The notes below the pieces were generated by a model. That model saw only the letters and a program-made list of their open reading frames with translations, did no database searches and was not told the origin of the DNA. A program made the position numbers and the translations under genes. 64,000 nucleotides of DNA from Malacoraja senta (Eukaryota). The DNA lies in contig CM075991.1 in assembly GCA_038087875.1 (NCBI GenBank), positions 4,464,001-4,528,000 of the forward strand. Direction: 5' to 3'. This document shows, in pieces, positions 38,899 to 51,202 of the stretch (the first letter of the stretch is position 1; each line of letters starts with the position of its first letter).

Positions 38899-39402
38899 CA
38901 TAGAAACATAGAAAATAGGTGCAGGAGGAGGCCATTCGGCCCTTCATTGTGATCGTCCCCAATCAATAACCCGTGCCTGCCTTCTCCCCATATCCCTTGA
39001 TTCCACTAGCCCCTAGAGCTATATCTAACTCTCTCTTAAATCCATCCAGTGATGTGGCCTCCACTGCCCTCTGGGGCAGGGAATTCCACAAATTCACAAC
39101 TCTCTGGGTGAAAACATTTTTTCTCACCTCAATCTTAAATGGCCTCCCCTTTATTCTAAGACTGTGGCCCCTGGTTCTGGACTCGCCCAACATTGGGAAC
39201 ATTTTTCCTGCATCTAGCCTGTCCAGTCCTTTTAACATTTTATATGTTTCTATAAGAACCCCCCCCTCATCCTTCTAAACTCCAGTGAATACAAGCCTAG
39301 TCTTTTCAATCTTTCCTCATATGACAGTCCCGCCATCCTAGGGATCAATCTCGTGAACCTACGCTGCACTGCCTCAATCACAAGGATGTCCTTCCTCAAA
39401 TT
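38899..39402 (-). mobile_element. CR1 3' fragment (STAR intron 1)
   Basis: ORF 38963-39238. Confidence 0.9.
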
Positions 39403-40829
39403 TTGAGGAACCCCATTCTCAACCCCATTCTACTGCCTTCTCCCGTAAACCTTTGGCAATGGAGGAGGCCCAGGACAGAGAGGTCGGGGTGGGAATGGGA
39501 AGAGGAGTTAATGGGGTTAGCAACCGGGAGATCCATTAGGCCTTGGAAGACCGAGCGCAAGTGTTCAGCGAAACCGCCCTACATCCTAAATCTTTCCAAG
39601 ATATGTGCAGCATTTCAACCTTAGCCTCAGTAATTGCAGAATTTAATCCTTCCACCAAGGAAGCTGTGTCCTCCCACAGATGCCTGGGGCCGTGGTTTTG
39701 GATTTCCCTCCTGTAACTCTTCAATCTTTTTCCTCCTTCAAGACCCTGCACATCTGTGACTGAGCTCGTGGCTGCCCATGACTTAGGGTCAATCTTTGTT
39801 AACAATGCGTCTGTGATGAGCTTTGGGATCTGTTATGCTTTAAAGATATTGATCTTTAATGGAAGATACCAAAAGGAGTTTCACCATGTCCATCACTGCC
39901 TCCATCCTGTTCAAGAATCAACCAACAAGATGCTGATCTGCAGAATGAACCAACTGAACCTGCGGTTGCAATTGCTAAACCATCTCTTGATCTTTAATAT
40001 ATTTTACTGTTCTTGCTTACTGGTCAAAAGCAAGGGTTTAAGAAGGAACTGCAGATGCTGGAAAATCGAAGGTAGACAAAAATGCTGGAGAAACTCAACG
40101 GGTGAGGCAGCATCTATGGAGTGAAGGAAATAGGCAACGCTTTGGGTCGAGACCCTTCTTCAGACTTGAAGAAGGGTCGCAAACAAGCAATTGCCTGGGC
40201 CTGCTGCATGTCCCAAAGTACCGTCTCTTGATGAGATGTGAAATCCCCACCATCTCAAATCAGAAAGAGTCTCCAGATCACCATTTGGGGATGGAACAGG
40301 AGACTTTGCAGCAGTCCTGCCAGCACTCATCCCTTGAAAGTAGATTCATCCAGTCATTTTGACCAGTCTGTGGAAGGGTCTCAATCAGGAACATCTTCCT
40401 CCACAGAAGCTGCCTGACCCACTTAGTTCCTCCAGCACTTTGTTAAAGATTCCAGCACCTGCAGATCCTTGGACCTCCATCATCACATCATGGAGAAGGC
40501 AGGAGAATGGAGCTGAGAGAGAAATGTTGATCAGCCATGATCAAATGGCGGAGAAGATGCGATGGGTCAAATGTCTTAATTCTGCACCTATGTCTTATAA
40601 GCATTGGTGTTTGTTAGTTCTCGCCAAACACATCTAAATCGACGTGCATTTCCTGCACTGTAGTAAATACCCAGCAACAGGATGCAATCGGTTTCAAAAG
40701 ACTTTGATGCGTTTTGAGATTGTAAAAGGCGGATTGATAAATGAAGGTTTTTAATTTGTTTTACATTGCAAACATGCCTGAGTTTGAGACACTCAGCTGA
40801 CAGTTTAACGCGTTTCTTCTGCGCTCCAG

Positions 40830-40943
40830 GCTTGCGGCACACGGCAGTGGCGGCTCTAGGGCACAAGCTGAATCACCACAGGCTTCAGAATCAAGGGCCC
40901 AGCTCGTGGGTGAACCTGGTTTGGAGGAGAAGCTCCCTGGTCG
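40830..40943 (+). CDS. STAR: STAR exon 2
   Basis: 114 nt; GLRHTAVAALGHKLNHHRLQNQGPSSWVNLVWRRSSLV. Confidence 0.95.
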
Positions 40944-41029
40944 GTGAGTGCAAATCTTTACATGCTCATACATTAACTTGGATTGTTTGCTCTGGAGTGC
41001 CAGAGGTTGATAGAACTTTATAAAATTAT

Positions 41030-41130
41030 GAAAAGCACAGAAGGGGCTTTATAATCGCACATAAACACAGCCAGAAGGGGCTTTATAATCGCACATAAAC
41101 ACAGCCACAAGTGGCTTTATAATCGGCACA
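41030..41130. repeat. Minisatellite, about 33-bp unit, 2.5-3 copies
   Basis: ggctttataatcgcacataaacacagcca repeated. Confidence 0.85.
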
Positions 41131-42626
41131 TGGGTAGGCTTGTTCCCCAGGGTGGAGAAGTCAAATACTAGAGTGTATAGCTATAAGATCAGAGAGAAAG
41201 GTTTGAGAAATGTGCGGGGCAAGTTATTTTTTTACACACACAGTGTGGTGGGTACCTGGACTGCGCTGCCAAGGGTGGTGCTGGAAGCAGAGACGATATT
41301 TGAGGCTTTGTAATAGGTACATGGATGGAGGGATATAGAGCACGTGCAGGCAGAAGGGATGAGTTTAAGTGGGCATTATGTACATCACAGACATTGTGGG
41401 CCGAAGGGCCTGTCCATATGCTGTGCTGTTCTATCTTCTATATTTGTCGCAACATTCACAATGCATTCCAGGATGGAAGATCAGTGTGGGAATACTGAGA
41501 CTGTGGTTCCTCATCGATACAACACACAGATATGTGGCATAGCAAGATGCAGTGATTGTTTTGTGATGGTTTGCACCAGTGCTGCAGGCCAGCACCGCTA
41601 AAAAGTTTAAACGTCTAACATGCATTTTTATATTCATTTATGAAATGAGAAGCTGATTAGGCGTAAAATCAAATTAAAAGAGGGATTACATTGATGGAAT
41701 AAAATTGTTGGTAAATGTTAAATGATATGCATACTGGCATCTTTTTGCCTACAAAATAAAAGCATTGGTAAAATGTTATTAATGGCACTGTGGCAAATCT
41801 GTGGCCAACCGCTCCTTCCTAGTTAATACCCTCCAATCCTCCAGGCAGTATCCTGGTAAACCTCCAGCAATCTCTCCAAAACCTCCACAATCTCCAATGT
41901 AGCAGATTGATCATCAGGTCAAATTGTATTGCTTGCGCATTGCCAGTCGAATTTATGTTGCCCCAGGAATAGGCAGCCAGATTGCATTAAGAATACTCAA
42001 AGCAAAGGGCAACATCTGCTGTGTTTCACTGCAAGATAACTTCTACTAAATTGGTTTAAACTCTTTAATATTATCAAATGTGCAGCAATATTTGATCCTA
42101 TCATCATTTGTATTGATCACAGTAAATGTCCAAAAATAAAAAGTCAAGTGTAACGATCCAATGGTGGACATGCCAAAAAACAGAGCCATGATAATTAATG
42201 CCATGCTTACTCTATCCATGCTGCAGAACAGAAGGATTAATTGTTAACACCTTGGCAATCTATCTCTGACTAAAAATGCTTAACATTCATAAATGCTTCA
42301 ACCTCTGTTATCAGGCTTCTGAACGGTGCTTCCATAAGCTGGGGCACTGTCCAATTCCTACTTCCCCTTTGTGGACATTGTATTTTGTCTCTGGAACTGG
42401 TGCACTATGATGCTGAGAACTATATTCTGCACTCTGTATCTAGGCCTTTTGCTCCCATCTATTGTACTTGAGTTTGACTTGATTGTATTTGTGTATGGTC
42501 TATCTAATCTGTTGGGATGGCATTCAAAACAACGTTTTTCACTGCACCTCACGACACGTGGCAATAATGAACCTAAACCGTTAATGCCCTCTCTCTCTCT
42601 CTCTCTCTCTTCCCATTTCCCATTAG

Positions 42627-42754
42627 GTTGCAGGCTTGAAGAGCACCCTTTCTCTGAGACAGAAATGGCCTATGTTAAGCAAGGCCAAGAAGCACTGCAC
42701 AAGTCCCTCTCCATTCTCCAAGATACAAGTGGATGGAAAACCGAGATCGAAGCA
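42627..42754 (+). CDS. STAR: STAR exon 3
   Basis: 128 nt; GCRLEEHPFSETEMAYVKQGQEALHKSLSILQDTSGWKTEIEA. Confidence 0.95.
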
Positions 42755-42924
42755 GTAAGTTGCAATATTCCCAATCAATAAAAGATTGACAAATAAATCG
42801 CTCACATCCCCCAGATAGCACTGCCTTGGTTTAAATTTGGAATATTCTCAAATTACTAACAAATCCAAGAAATCATCGTAAATCAAAAGTCGGCTGGTTT
42901 GCAATTTTTACTGGACTAGAATTT

Positions 42925-43235
42925 GGTTTAGTTTTAGTTTAGAGATACAGCACGGAAACAGGCCCTTCGGCCCACCGAGTCCGTGCCGACCAGCGATCCC
43001 TGCACATTAACACTATCCTACACATACTGGGGACAATTTACACATACACCAAGCTAATGAACCTATATACCTGTACGTCTTTGGAGTGTGGGAGGAAACT
43101 GAAGCTCTCAGAGAAAACCCACATGGTCACTGGGAGAACATACAAACTCCATACAGACAGCACCCGTAGTCGGGATCGAACCCTGGTCTTCGGCGCTGCA
43201 AGCACTGTAAGGCAGCAACTCTACCGCTGCGCCAT
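42925..43235 (-). mobile_element. HE1-like V-SINE
   Basis: Head, V-domain and tail all present. Confidence 0.85.
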
Positions 43236-44353
43236 CTTACCCTAATTCTTGATTAGAAGTGTTACGGGGAGAAGGCAGGAGAATGGGGTTGAGAGGGGAA
43301 AGAGAGATCAGCCATGACCAAGTGGCGAAGAAGTCTCGACTGGCCATATGGCTTAATTCTGCTCCAATGTTTTATGGTCCTGGACCATAAACTGGCAAAA
43401 ATATACACATGGTGTCAAAGAAGCAAAGCCAACTTGTTCAATGGAAAGCAATAGTTGACACTTTGAGTTGAAACCCTGTAGAATCACATCGATGACAGCC
43501 CTGATGCAGGGTGTTGATCCCCAACGACAACCATTCCACTCCCCTCCCCACGGATGCTGCTCGATCTGCCGAATTCTTCCTGGAGATTGTTTGTGCTCCA
43601 GATTCCAGCTTCAGCAGTATCTTGTGTCTCAACTTATTCAATGATCTTAGGCCAGATCATAAATGGATCTTCCATTCTTGGCTGAAAAGGGAGATATTGA
43701 TGGAATTAAATTGTTTGGTGGAAGATAGCTGGTGCGAGCATAATCATTTTTAGATCACAGAGTCAACTGACTTTTTATTGAATAGCTAGACACCATTTAG
43801 CCACCTCTACCATAAGACATGGGGGGGGGGGGTCTTGCATTCTGTGCCCTTGAGGTCGGCAACCCCCCGGGGAACAAGAGCTGAAGAGGGCCAGGCGTGG
43901 AGAGGCACATCGGTTTCTGGCACAACCGGATGGAGGTGACAGGCCTTTGTGGCCAACTGGAACTGGGACTGTAAAATGACACCTCTTGAATAGACTCAGT
44001 GAGCTGTACACTCTGTCCTAACTGGGGATTGTGCATATTACGTATAGGGATAGTCTTGCTGAGCTGTCTGCCAAAAATGTGTTTCACTGTACCTGGTACA
44101 GGTGATAATAATGAAACCACTGAAATTACATTAAGGACTTAGAGCCAAGGCCATGGATTTTATTCACACATAGTATAGATTTGGAGCTCTCTTGACAAAT
44201 CAGGATCGCAAATGGGTAAATGGAGTTGATGGTGCAGATAAGGTGTAAATGATGGGGGTAAATAAATATTGGAATGATGGAGGAAGCTCGAGGGGCAGCA
44301 AGCTTCCAGGACTCAAACTGAGTGAAGAACGTAACATTTTGAACTTTTAACAG

Positions 44354-44512
44354 GGAAATGGCGACAAGGTGGTGAGTAAAATGCTTCCGGATGTTGGCAA
44401 GGTCTTCAAGCTCGAGGTCGTGATGGATAAGCCCACGGAACTGCTCTACAGGGAGTTGTTTGACAAAGTTGAACAAATGGGAGAATGGAACCCGAACGTT
44501 AAACAAGTGAAG
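44354..44512 (+). CDS. STAR: STAR exon 4
   Basis: 159 nt; [53 protein letters not shown]. Confidence 0.96.
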
Positions 44513-45287
44513 GTAGGACATTTGGTGGTGGTATGATCAAAGCCCACGTTAAAATCAGGCTAGCAAACCAGAGGTACATTTAATTTCAATAGTAAATATT
44601 TTATAGGAGCACAATTAATTCCCCACTGACTGACAAGGCAGCTAGGTGAACACAAAGTGCTGGAGTAACCCAGTGGGTCAGGTAGTATCTCTGGAGAGCA
44701 TGGATAGGTAACGTTTCAAGTCGAGACCCTTCTTCAGACTGGAGAACATGGATAGGTGACGGTTCGGGTCGAGACCCTTCTTTAGACTGCTGCCTGACCT
44801 GCTAAGTTACTCCAGCATTTTGTGTCCTTTTGTGTATTAACCAGTATCTGCAGTTATTTGTTTTTGCAAGGCATAGTTTAGCAGCAGGGTCCAACTCATG
44901 TGCAAGAATCTATCGATGAGCAACAGTCTGTTCTATTCACAAATATCACAAGATATTTTGGCTTTGACTTTGACTCTGACATTGGGGGGGGGGAGTGCAG
45001 TGGAGAGATACGTTTTTTTGCCTTCCATCACAGCGCTGTGATGGATGGATGTGTCAATTGTGTTGTGTCTCGGGTCTTCTTCGTTTTGTAATGTATGGCT
45101 GCAGAAACGACATTTCGTTTGGACCTCAACGGGGTCCAAATGACAAATAAATTGTATTGTATTGTAAGATGCATAAACACAAAGAGTACGTACGGTAAGT
45201 TCATTTGGTGCTACTGAAACGTGTGTGGATTTGCTTGCAGGTTGCTGTTAAACAATGTTGCACTGTTGAACTCAAAGCCATTCATCC

Positions 45288-45728
45288 ATGGCCAGAGTGA
45301 GCACCACCGGAAATTGGAGGAGCAGCACCTCATATTCCGCTTGGGCAGTCTGCACCCTAGCGGCATAAACATTGAATTCTCCAATTTCCGGTAGCCCTTG
45401 CTGTCTCCTCCCCTTCTCAGCTCTCCCTCAACCCTTGGGCTCCTCCTCTTCCTTTTTCCTTTCTTCTCCCCCCCACCACCTAACATCAGTCTGAAGAAGG
45501 GTTTCGGCCCGAAACGTTGCCTATTTCCTTCGCTCCATAGATGCTGCTGCACCCGCTGAGTTTCTCCAGCACTTTTGTCTACCTGCCATTAATCCATAGC
45601 TGTTAAAGAAGGAACTGCAGATGCTGGAAAATCGAAGGTACACAAAAATGCTGGAGAAACTCAGCGGGTGCAGCAGCATCTATGGAGCGAAGGAAATAGG
45701 TAACGTTTCGGGCCGAAACCCTTCTTCA
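45288..45728 (+). mobile_element. Penelope-like 3' end plus inverted terminal copy
   Basis: QSEHHRKLEEQHLIFRLGSLHPSGINIEF; CTGAAGA...GAAACGTT core at 45491; inverted copy at 45605-45728. Confidence 0.8.
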
Positions 45729-46139
45729 TCCATAGCTGTTCTGTTAATGATGGTCTGCTAAAGACAAGCTAACCTGAGCTATCCATTCAAAGCAGATAGT
45801 TGCAGCATTAAATACTGGAAGAGCCTATGAATTACATTTGTGTGGACAGTGCTATGGGAAGATGTTCGGTGACTAGACGTTCAACTTTTATGTTCTTCCG
45901 TTTCTCCTTCTTAAAGCAAACAAGGTTAAAGAGGTAGACACAAAATGCTGGAGTAACTCAGCAGGACAGGTAGCATCTCTGGAGAGAAAGAATGGGTGAC
46001 ATTTTGGGTTGAGACCTTTCTTCAGACAAAACCCCCAGGATTGTGGAAAGTTTACAGCTGAAAGGGAGAAACCTTCTCCGACAGAAGACCGCACATTTAG
46101 AGATGATTAGCAAAAGAATAAGGAGCAGAGTAGTGAAGG

Positions 46140-46273
46140 GTTCTTCTCTTCTTCTTGCGTATGGCGTGCACAGCCTAAAGTTGTAGCTCAACTTGTTCTA
46201 TTTGATCTATTTGTTTGTGCACGTCGGGTTGATCGCATTAGTCGAAACAGGGCGGAACACGAGAAGGTTGCAA
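46140..46273 (-). mobile_element. Unclassified short retroposon with (AAG)n tail
   Basis: Reverse complement of the 48611 copy. Confidence 0.75.
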
Positions 46274-46629
46274 TGTTGATTATGGCATTTGACCTTTGGC
46301 AATGAACGTTTTCAATCCAGAACACGCTGCCTAAAAGAGGAGTGAAAGCAGATTCAACAGTAGCTTTCAAAATGGAATTGGATAACAACTTGAAGGTGAA
46401 TTCTATGCACAGTCCCGAGGAAGGAGTCAGGGTGGTATGGATGGGGAGGTCAAAGAGCCATGGCAAGATGCCATGTTAGGACATGTCTTAATATCCAACA
46501 AGATACCAATGATCACAGCAGATCTGCCATGCTGCAGTTGAACGTTAGCTGGACAAACATAAATATCCAAGTAAATCAAAGTGCTGGAGTAACTTAATGG
46601 GTCAGGCAGCATCTTTACTTTACACATTA

Positions 46630-47200
46630 GGTTTTAGAAATACAGTGGGGAAACAGGCCCTTTGGCCCACCACGTCCGCACCGACCAGCGATCACCCTGT
46701 ATTGTACACTAATAGCCCTGTCCCACGGTACGAGTTCATTCCATGAGCTCTCCCGAGTTTTTAAAAAATCAAACTCGTGGTAAGCACGGAGAATGAACGT
46801 AGCGGGTACGTCTGAGCGCTAACGGAAGGTAAGCACGGGAAGACTCGTGAAGATTTTTCAACATGATGAAAAATGTCCACGAGAGCCCCGAGTACCGACG
46901 AGTGGCCATTACCGTAAATCTCCGAGTTCGAATCAGGGCAAACTCGGGAGAACTCTTGGAATGAACTTGTACCGTGGGACAGGGGTTCAACACTATCCTA
47001 CACACTAGGGACAATTTACAATTCGCAGAAGCCAATTAACCTACAAACCTGACCTCCCACGTCTTTGTAGTGTGAGGGGAAACCAGAGAACCTGGAGAAA
47101 ACCCACAAGGTCACAGGGAGACTCTGTATAGACAGCATCGGTAGTTAGGATCAAACTAGGTCTCTGGCGCTGTAAGACAGCAGCTCTACTGCTGCACCAC
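46630..47200 (-). mobile_element. HE1-like V-SINE carrying a MITE
   Basis: SINE interrupted at 46713-46987. Confidence 0.8.
46713..46987. mobile_element. PIF/Harbinger-type MITE in a SINE
   Basis: TIR ..CCCTGTCCCACGGTACGAGTTCATTCCA; TAA/CAA flanks. Confidence 0.8.
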
Positions 47201-47635
47201 CCTCCTCTGTGGCGGGAATGGAAGGCGACTGAAGAAGGAACCCAACCCGAAATGTTACCTATCCATTCCCTCCACACATGCCACCTGACCCACTGAGTTA
47301 CTCCAGCACTTTATTTGGCTCAAGATTCCAGCATCTGCAGTTCCTTGCACCTCTCATCTTTGTAAATACTCAAGCTCAGATACAAACTCGCCACAGCAGT
47401 TCATTGTCTTATATGACACAAAATGCTGGAGTAACTCAGCGGGTCGGGCAGCATTTCTGGATAACAGGGAAAACCTCCTCCAGAGATGCCGCCTGAGCCT
47501 GTCCATGTGCTCCTGAGATGCTGCCTGACCAGCCGAGTTACTCCAGCACTTTGTCTATTTTTTGGTAAAGCAGCATTTGCGGTTCCTTGGGTTCTCATCG
47601 TTTTTTATAAATGTATGTATTTAAATTTGTTAAAG

Positions 47636-47820
47636 ATATTGAAAAAGATCGACAAGGATACGATGGTCACCTACGAGGCTTCCGGGGAGACAGTGGGTAA
47701 CGTGGTTAGCCCACGGGACTTTGTGAGTGTGCGTTACGCCAAGAGACGAGGCTCCACCTGCTTCCTCGCAGGGATGTCCACACACTGCGACATGATGCCT
47801 CAGCAGAACGGTTTCATAAG
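47636..47820 (+). CDS. STAR: STAR exon 5
   Basis: 185 nt; [61 protein letters not shown](R); PKA site RRGS conserved. Confidence 0.96.
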
Positions 47821-47844
47821 GTAACCTGCCACAAACGTCTAGGT

Positions 47845-48092
47845 TTAAGAAAGAACTGCAGATGCTGAAAAAAATCTAAGGTAGACAAAAATGCTTGAGA
47901 AACTCAGCGGGTGAGGCAGCATCTATGGAACGAAGGAATAGGTGACATTTCGGGTCGAGACCCTTGGGTGACGTCTCGACCCGAAATGTCACCTATTCCT
48001 TCGCTCCATGGATGCTGCCTCACCCGCTGAGTTTCCTTCGCTCCATAGATTCTGCCTCACCCGCTGAGTTTCTCCAGCATTTTCGTCTACCT
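47845..48092. mobile_element. Penelope-derived hairpin element with internal duplication
   Basis: Inverted arms; acaaac(g/a)tctaggt on both flanks (TSD-like). Confidence 0.75.
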
Positions 48093-48477
48093 ACAAACAT
48101 CTAGGTATTGAGTTTGCCCAAGATATTAGAGATCATATTGAAGAGACATGATTTTCGATTCCTCATCCAGGTACAAACTAATGCAGTTGGATACTAAGAA
48201 GTCCTATTTTGGGTCCACAATTACTTTTGACCACATTACCTCCCCAAGTGTCGCTCTAGTTTCCATTGCTAATGTTCTAACTTGTACTAAGTCCAACCAT
48301 CCTGAGTTTGGTGTTTAGCACTGCTAAGATTCAGCTTTTAAATTCCCACTGTTTGTCGACCTCTCCCCTTCTTCCATTCTGACCTCTTTTATCCTTCATC
48401 CCCCTCGTACTTCCCAAATAACATGTACAGTCAAAACTTCTCTGCCCTTTCAACACAAAGATTAAAAGTTTTCGATC

Positions 48478-49160
48478 CCCTAATTTGAGGAAGGACATTC
48501 TTGCTATTGAGGGACTGCAGCGTAGGTTTACAAGGTTAATTCCCGGGATGGCGGGACTGTCATATGCAGAGAGAATGGAGCAGCTGGGCTTGTACACTCT
48601 GGAGTTTAGAGGGGGGTGGAAGATTGCAACCTTCACGTGGTCCGCCCTCTTTCGACGAATGCAATCAACCCGGCGTGCACAATCAAATAAGATCAAATAG
48701 AACAAGTTGTTCCACAACTTTAGGCTGTGCACGCCATACGCAAGAAGAAGTAGAAGAGTTTAGGATGAGAGGGTATCTCATTGAAACATATAAGATTGTT
48801 AAGAGTTTGGACACGCTAGAGGCAGGAAACATGTTCCCGATGTTGGGGGGGAGTCCAGAACCAGGGGCCACAGTTTAAGAATAAGGAGTAAGCCATTTAA
48901 AACGGAGACGAGGAAACGCTTTTTCTCACAGAGAGTGGTGAGTCTGTGGTATTCTCTGCCTCAAAGGGCGGTGGGGGCAGGTTCTCTGGATGCTTTCAAG
49001 AGAGAGCTAGATAGGGCTCTTAACAATAGCGGAGTCAGGGGATATGGGGAGAAGGCAGGAACGGGGTACTGATTGGGGATGATCAGCCATGATCACATTG
49101 AATGGCGGTGCTGGCTCGAAGGGCCGAATGGCCTACTCCTGCACCTATTGTCTATTGTCT
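48478..49160 (+). mobile_element. CR1 3' fragment with a nested (AAG)n element
   Basis: RKDILAIEGLQRRFTRLIPGM..., interrupted at about 48610-48756. Confidence 0.88.
48611..48756 (+). mobile_element. Unclassified short retroposon with (AAG)n tail and 8-bp TSD
   Basis: GAGTTTAG on both flanks; ends GCCATACGCAAGAAGAAG. Confidence 0.8.
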
Positions 49161-49708
49161 AATGTACAATATCTCTAGAAGTTGTTGTTACGTTTGTCTG
49201 ATTACATTACCATCAAGCTCCTTAGGACATTTTGCTAAGTTTAAAATACTATACTGTACTAAGGCAGGATGTCGAGTTTGATGATCAGGGAGCATAAACG
49301 GTGAAATACCGTAACAATGGCAATGGTGCCAATGTTATTTTCATACAATTTATCACCACAGATTTCCCACACCAGGTAAAACACAGAGAACTGGAGTAAC
49401 ACACAAAGAGCTGCGTTCCAACTTCTGCACTTCTTTTGTCCCCTCTCCAGCAGTTGTGCTTCCAGATCTACATTAGTTGCCCTATTGGCTCCAGTTGTAC
49501 ATGTTGACATACATTAAGCAAAGAATAAAATGCTGGATGAACTCAGCGGGTCAGGCAGCATCTGTGAAGGGAAATGGACAAGCAACATTTCAGGTCGAGA
49601 TCCTTCACCATGAGCTGTTGGGTTCCGCCAGGAGTTTGTTTTTTGCTGAAGATTCCAGCATCTGCAGTGTCTTGTGTCTCTGTTTAACATATGTTGTTCT
49701 GATTCCAG

Positions 49709-49802
49709 GGGTGAGAATGGACCAACCTGCATTGTCCTCCGTCCGTCTGCAGACGATCCGAACAAGACCAAGTTCACGTGGCTTCTGAGCATTGATTTAA
49801 AG
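49709..49802 (+). CDS. STAR: STAR exon 6
   Basis: 94 nt; [31 protein letters not shown]; donor is AAG|gcaagt (GC). Confidence 0.94.
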
Positions 49803-50019
49803 GCAAGTTATTTGTTGCATGAAGGGTTAACACGTCTGAGTGTTGATTTAAATACACAAGAATTTGGTCATTTCCAAAGTTCAGGATCAGGAGGCACAGA
49901 GCAGCCCGAGGTAAAAGTCACTATTTTCTGTCTGAAAGTTTGATCAGTCAGATCAGTTCCTTGTGGAGATCATCTTGGCTGCATGATTCCAATACAAGGA
50001 TGGCTTGGTAGCGCAACGG

Positions 50020-50308
50020 TTTAAGAATAAGGAGTAAGCCATTTGGAATGGAGACGAGGAAACACTTTTTCTCACAGAGAGTGGTGAGTCTGTGGAATTC
50101 TCTGCCTCAGAGGGCGGTGGAGGCAGGTTCTCTGGATGCTTTCTAGAGAGAGCTAGATAGGGCTCTTAAAAATAGCGGAGTCAGGGGATATGGGGAGAAG
50201 GCAGGAACGGGGTACTGATTGGGGATGATCAGCCATGATCACATTGAATGGCAGTGCTGGCTCGAAGGGCCGAATGGCCTACTCCTGCACCTATTGTCTA
50301 TTGTCTAT
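50020..50308 (+). mobile_element. CR1 3' fragment
   Basis: Near-identical to 48874-49160. Confidence 0.88.
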
Positions 50309-50716
50309 TGCTGCAGCATCAAAGATTCAGGTACCCAGAATTGATCTCAATCTCAGGTGTCTGTGTGGAGCTTGCAAGTTCTCCCTGTCATTCGGTGAGC
50401 TTCCTTCCACATCCCAAAGGTCCTGTGGTAGTTTAATTAGTACTGTAACTGAGTTCAGCCCATGGAAGAAAGTAGAAGGTCAACTGATAAGCATGTGAGA
50501 GATTGAATACAAACAGAAAATGGTGGAAATACTCGACAGGTCAGGCTGTACCTGTGGGAACTGAAACAGAATTAATGTTTCAAGTTGAAGACCCTTCATC
50601 AGAACTGGGAATGAGGGAAACCTTTGTTCAGCTGCAGGAAGAGATGGGAGGATGTCTCTCAGGGTAAAAACAGGTGATACCAGATGAGCTGTAAACAAGA
50701 TGATCTGTAGACTTGA

Positions 50717-51202
50717 CTTTTGAGTTTAGAGATACAGTGAACAGACCCTTCAGCCAACTGGGTCCACGCTGACCCGCGATCACCCCATACATTAACCTAT
50801 ATACACTAGTGACAATTTTTAAAATTACCAATGCCAAGTAACCTGCAAATCTCTAAGTCTTTGGATTATGGGAGGAAACCGGAGCATCCGGAGAAAACCC
50901 ATGTGGTCATAGGGAGAACATACAAACTCCGTCATGATCGAATGTAAAGGGCCTGTCCCACTTTCACGACCTAATTCTCAACCTCTGCCGAGTTTGCCCT
51001 TGACTCATACCCGCAGCATGGTCGTCACGAGGTCGTAGGTAGGTTGTGGGTAGGTCGTAGGAGGTCGTGATGCTAGTCGTAAGTACTCGTGGCATCAAGT
51101 AGGTCAGGGCGTCGTTTCTAGCATGATGACGAGTAAAAAAGGTCGTGAAAGTGGGACAGACCCTTCAGGCAGCAACTCAACCATTGCACCACTGAGCCGC
51201 CC
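50717..51202 (-). mobile_element. HE1-like V-SINE carrying a MITE
   Basis: SINE head interrupted at 50948-51164. Confidence 0.8.
50948..51164. mobile_element. PIF/Harbinger-type MITE in a SINE (same subfamily as 19678, reversed)
   Basis: Same TIR; TAA/TCA flanks; the internal sequence is the reverse complement of the 19678 copy. Confidence 0.85.

Noticed and set aside
41030..41130. Direct repeats superficially like a CRISPR array
   Set aside because: Contiguous tandem units with no unique spacers, in a vertebrate intron
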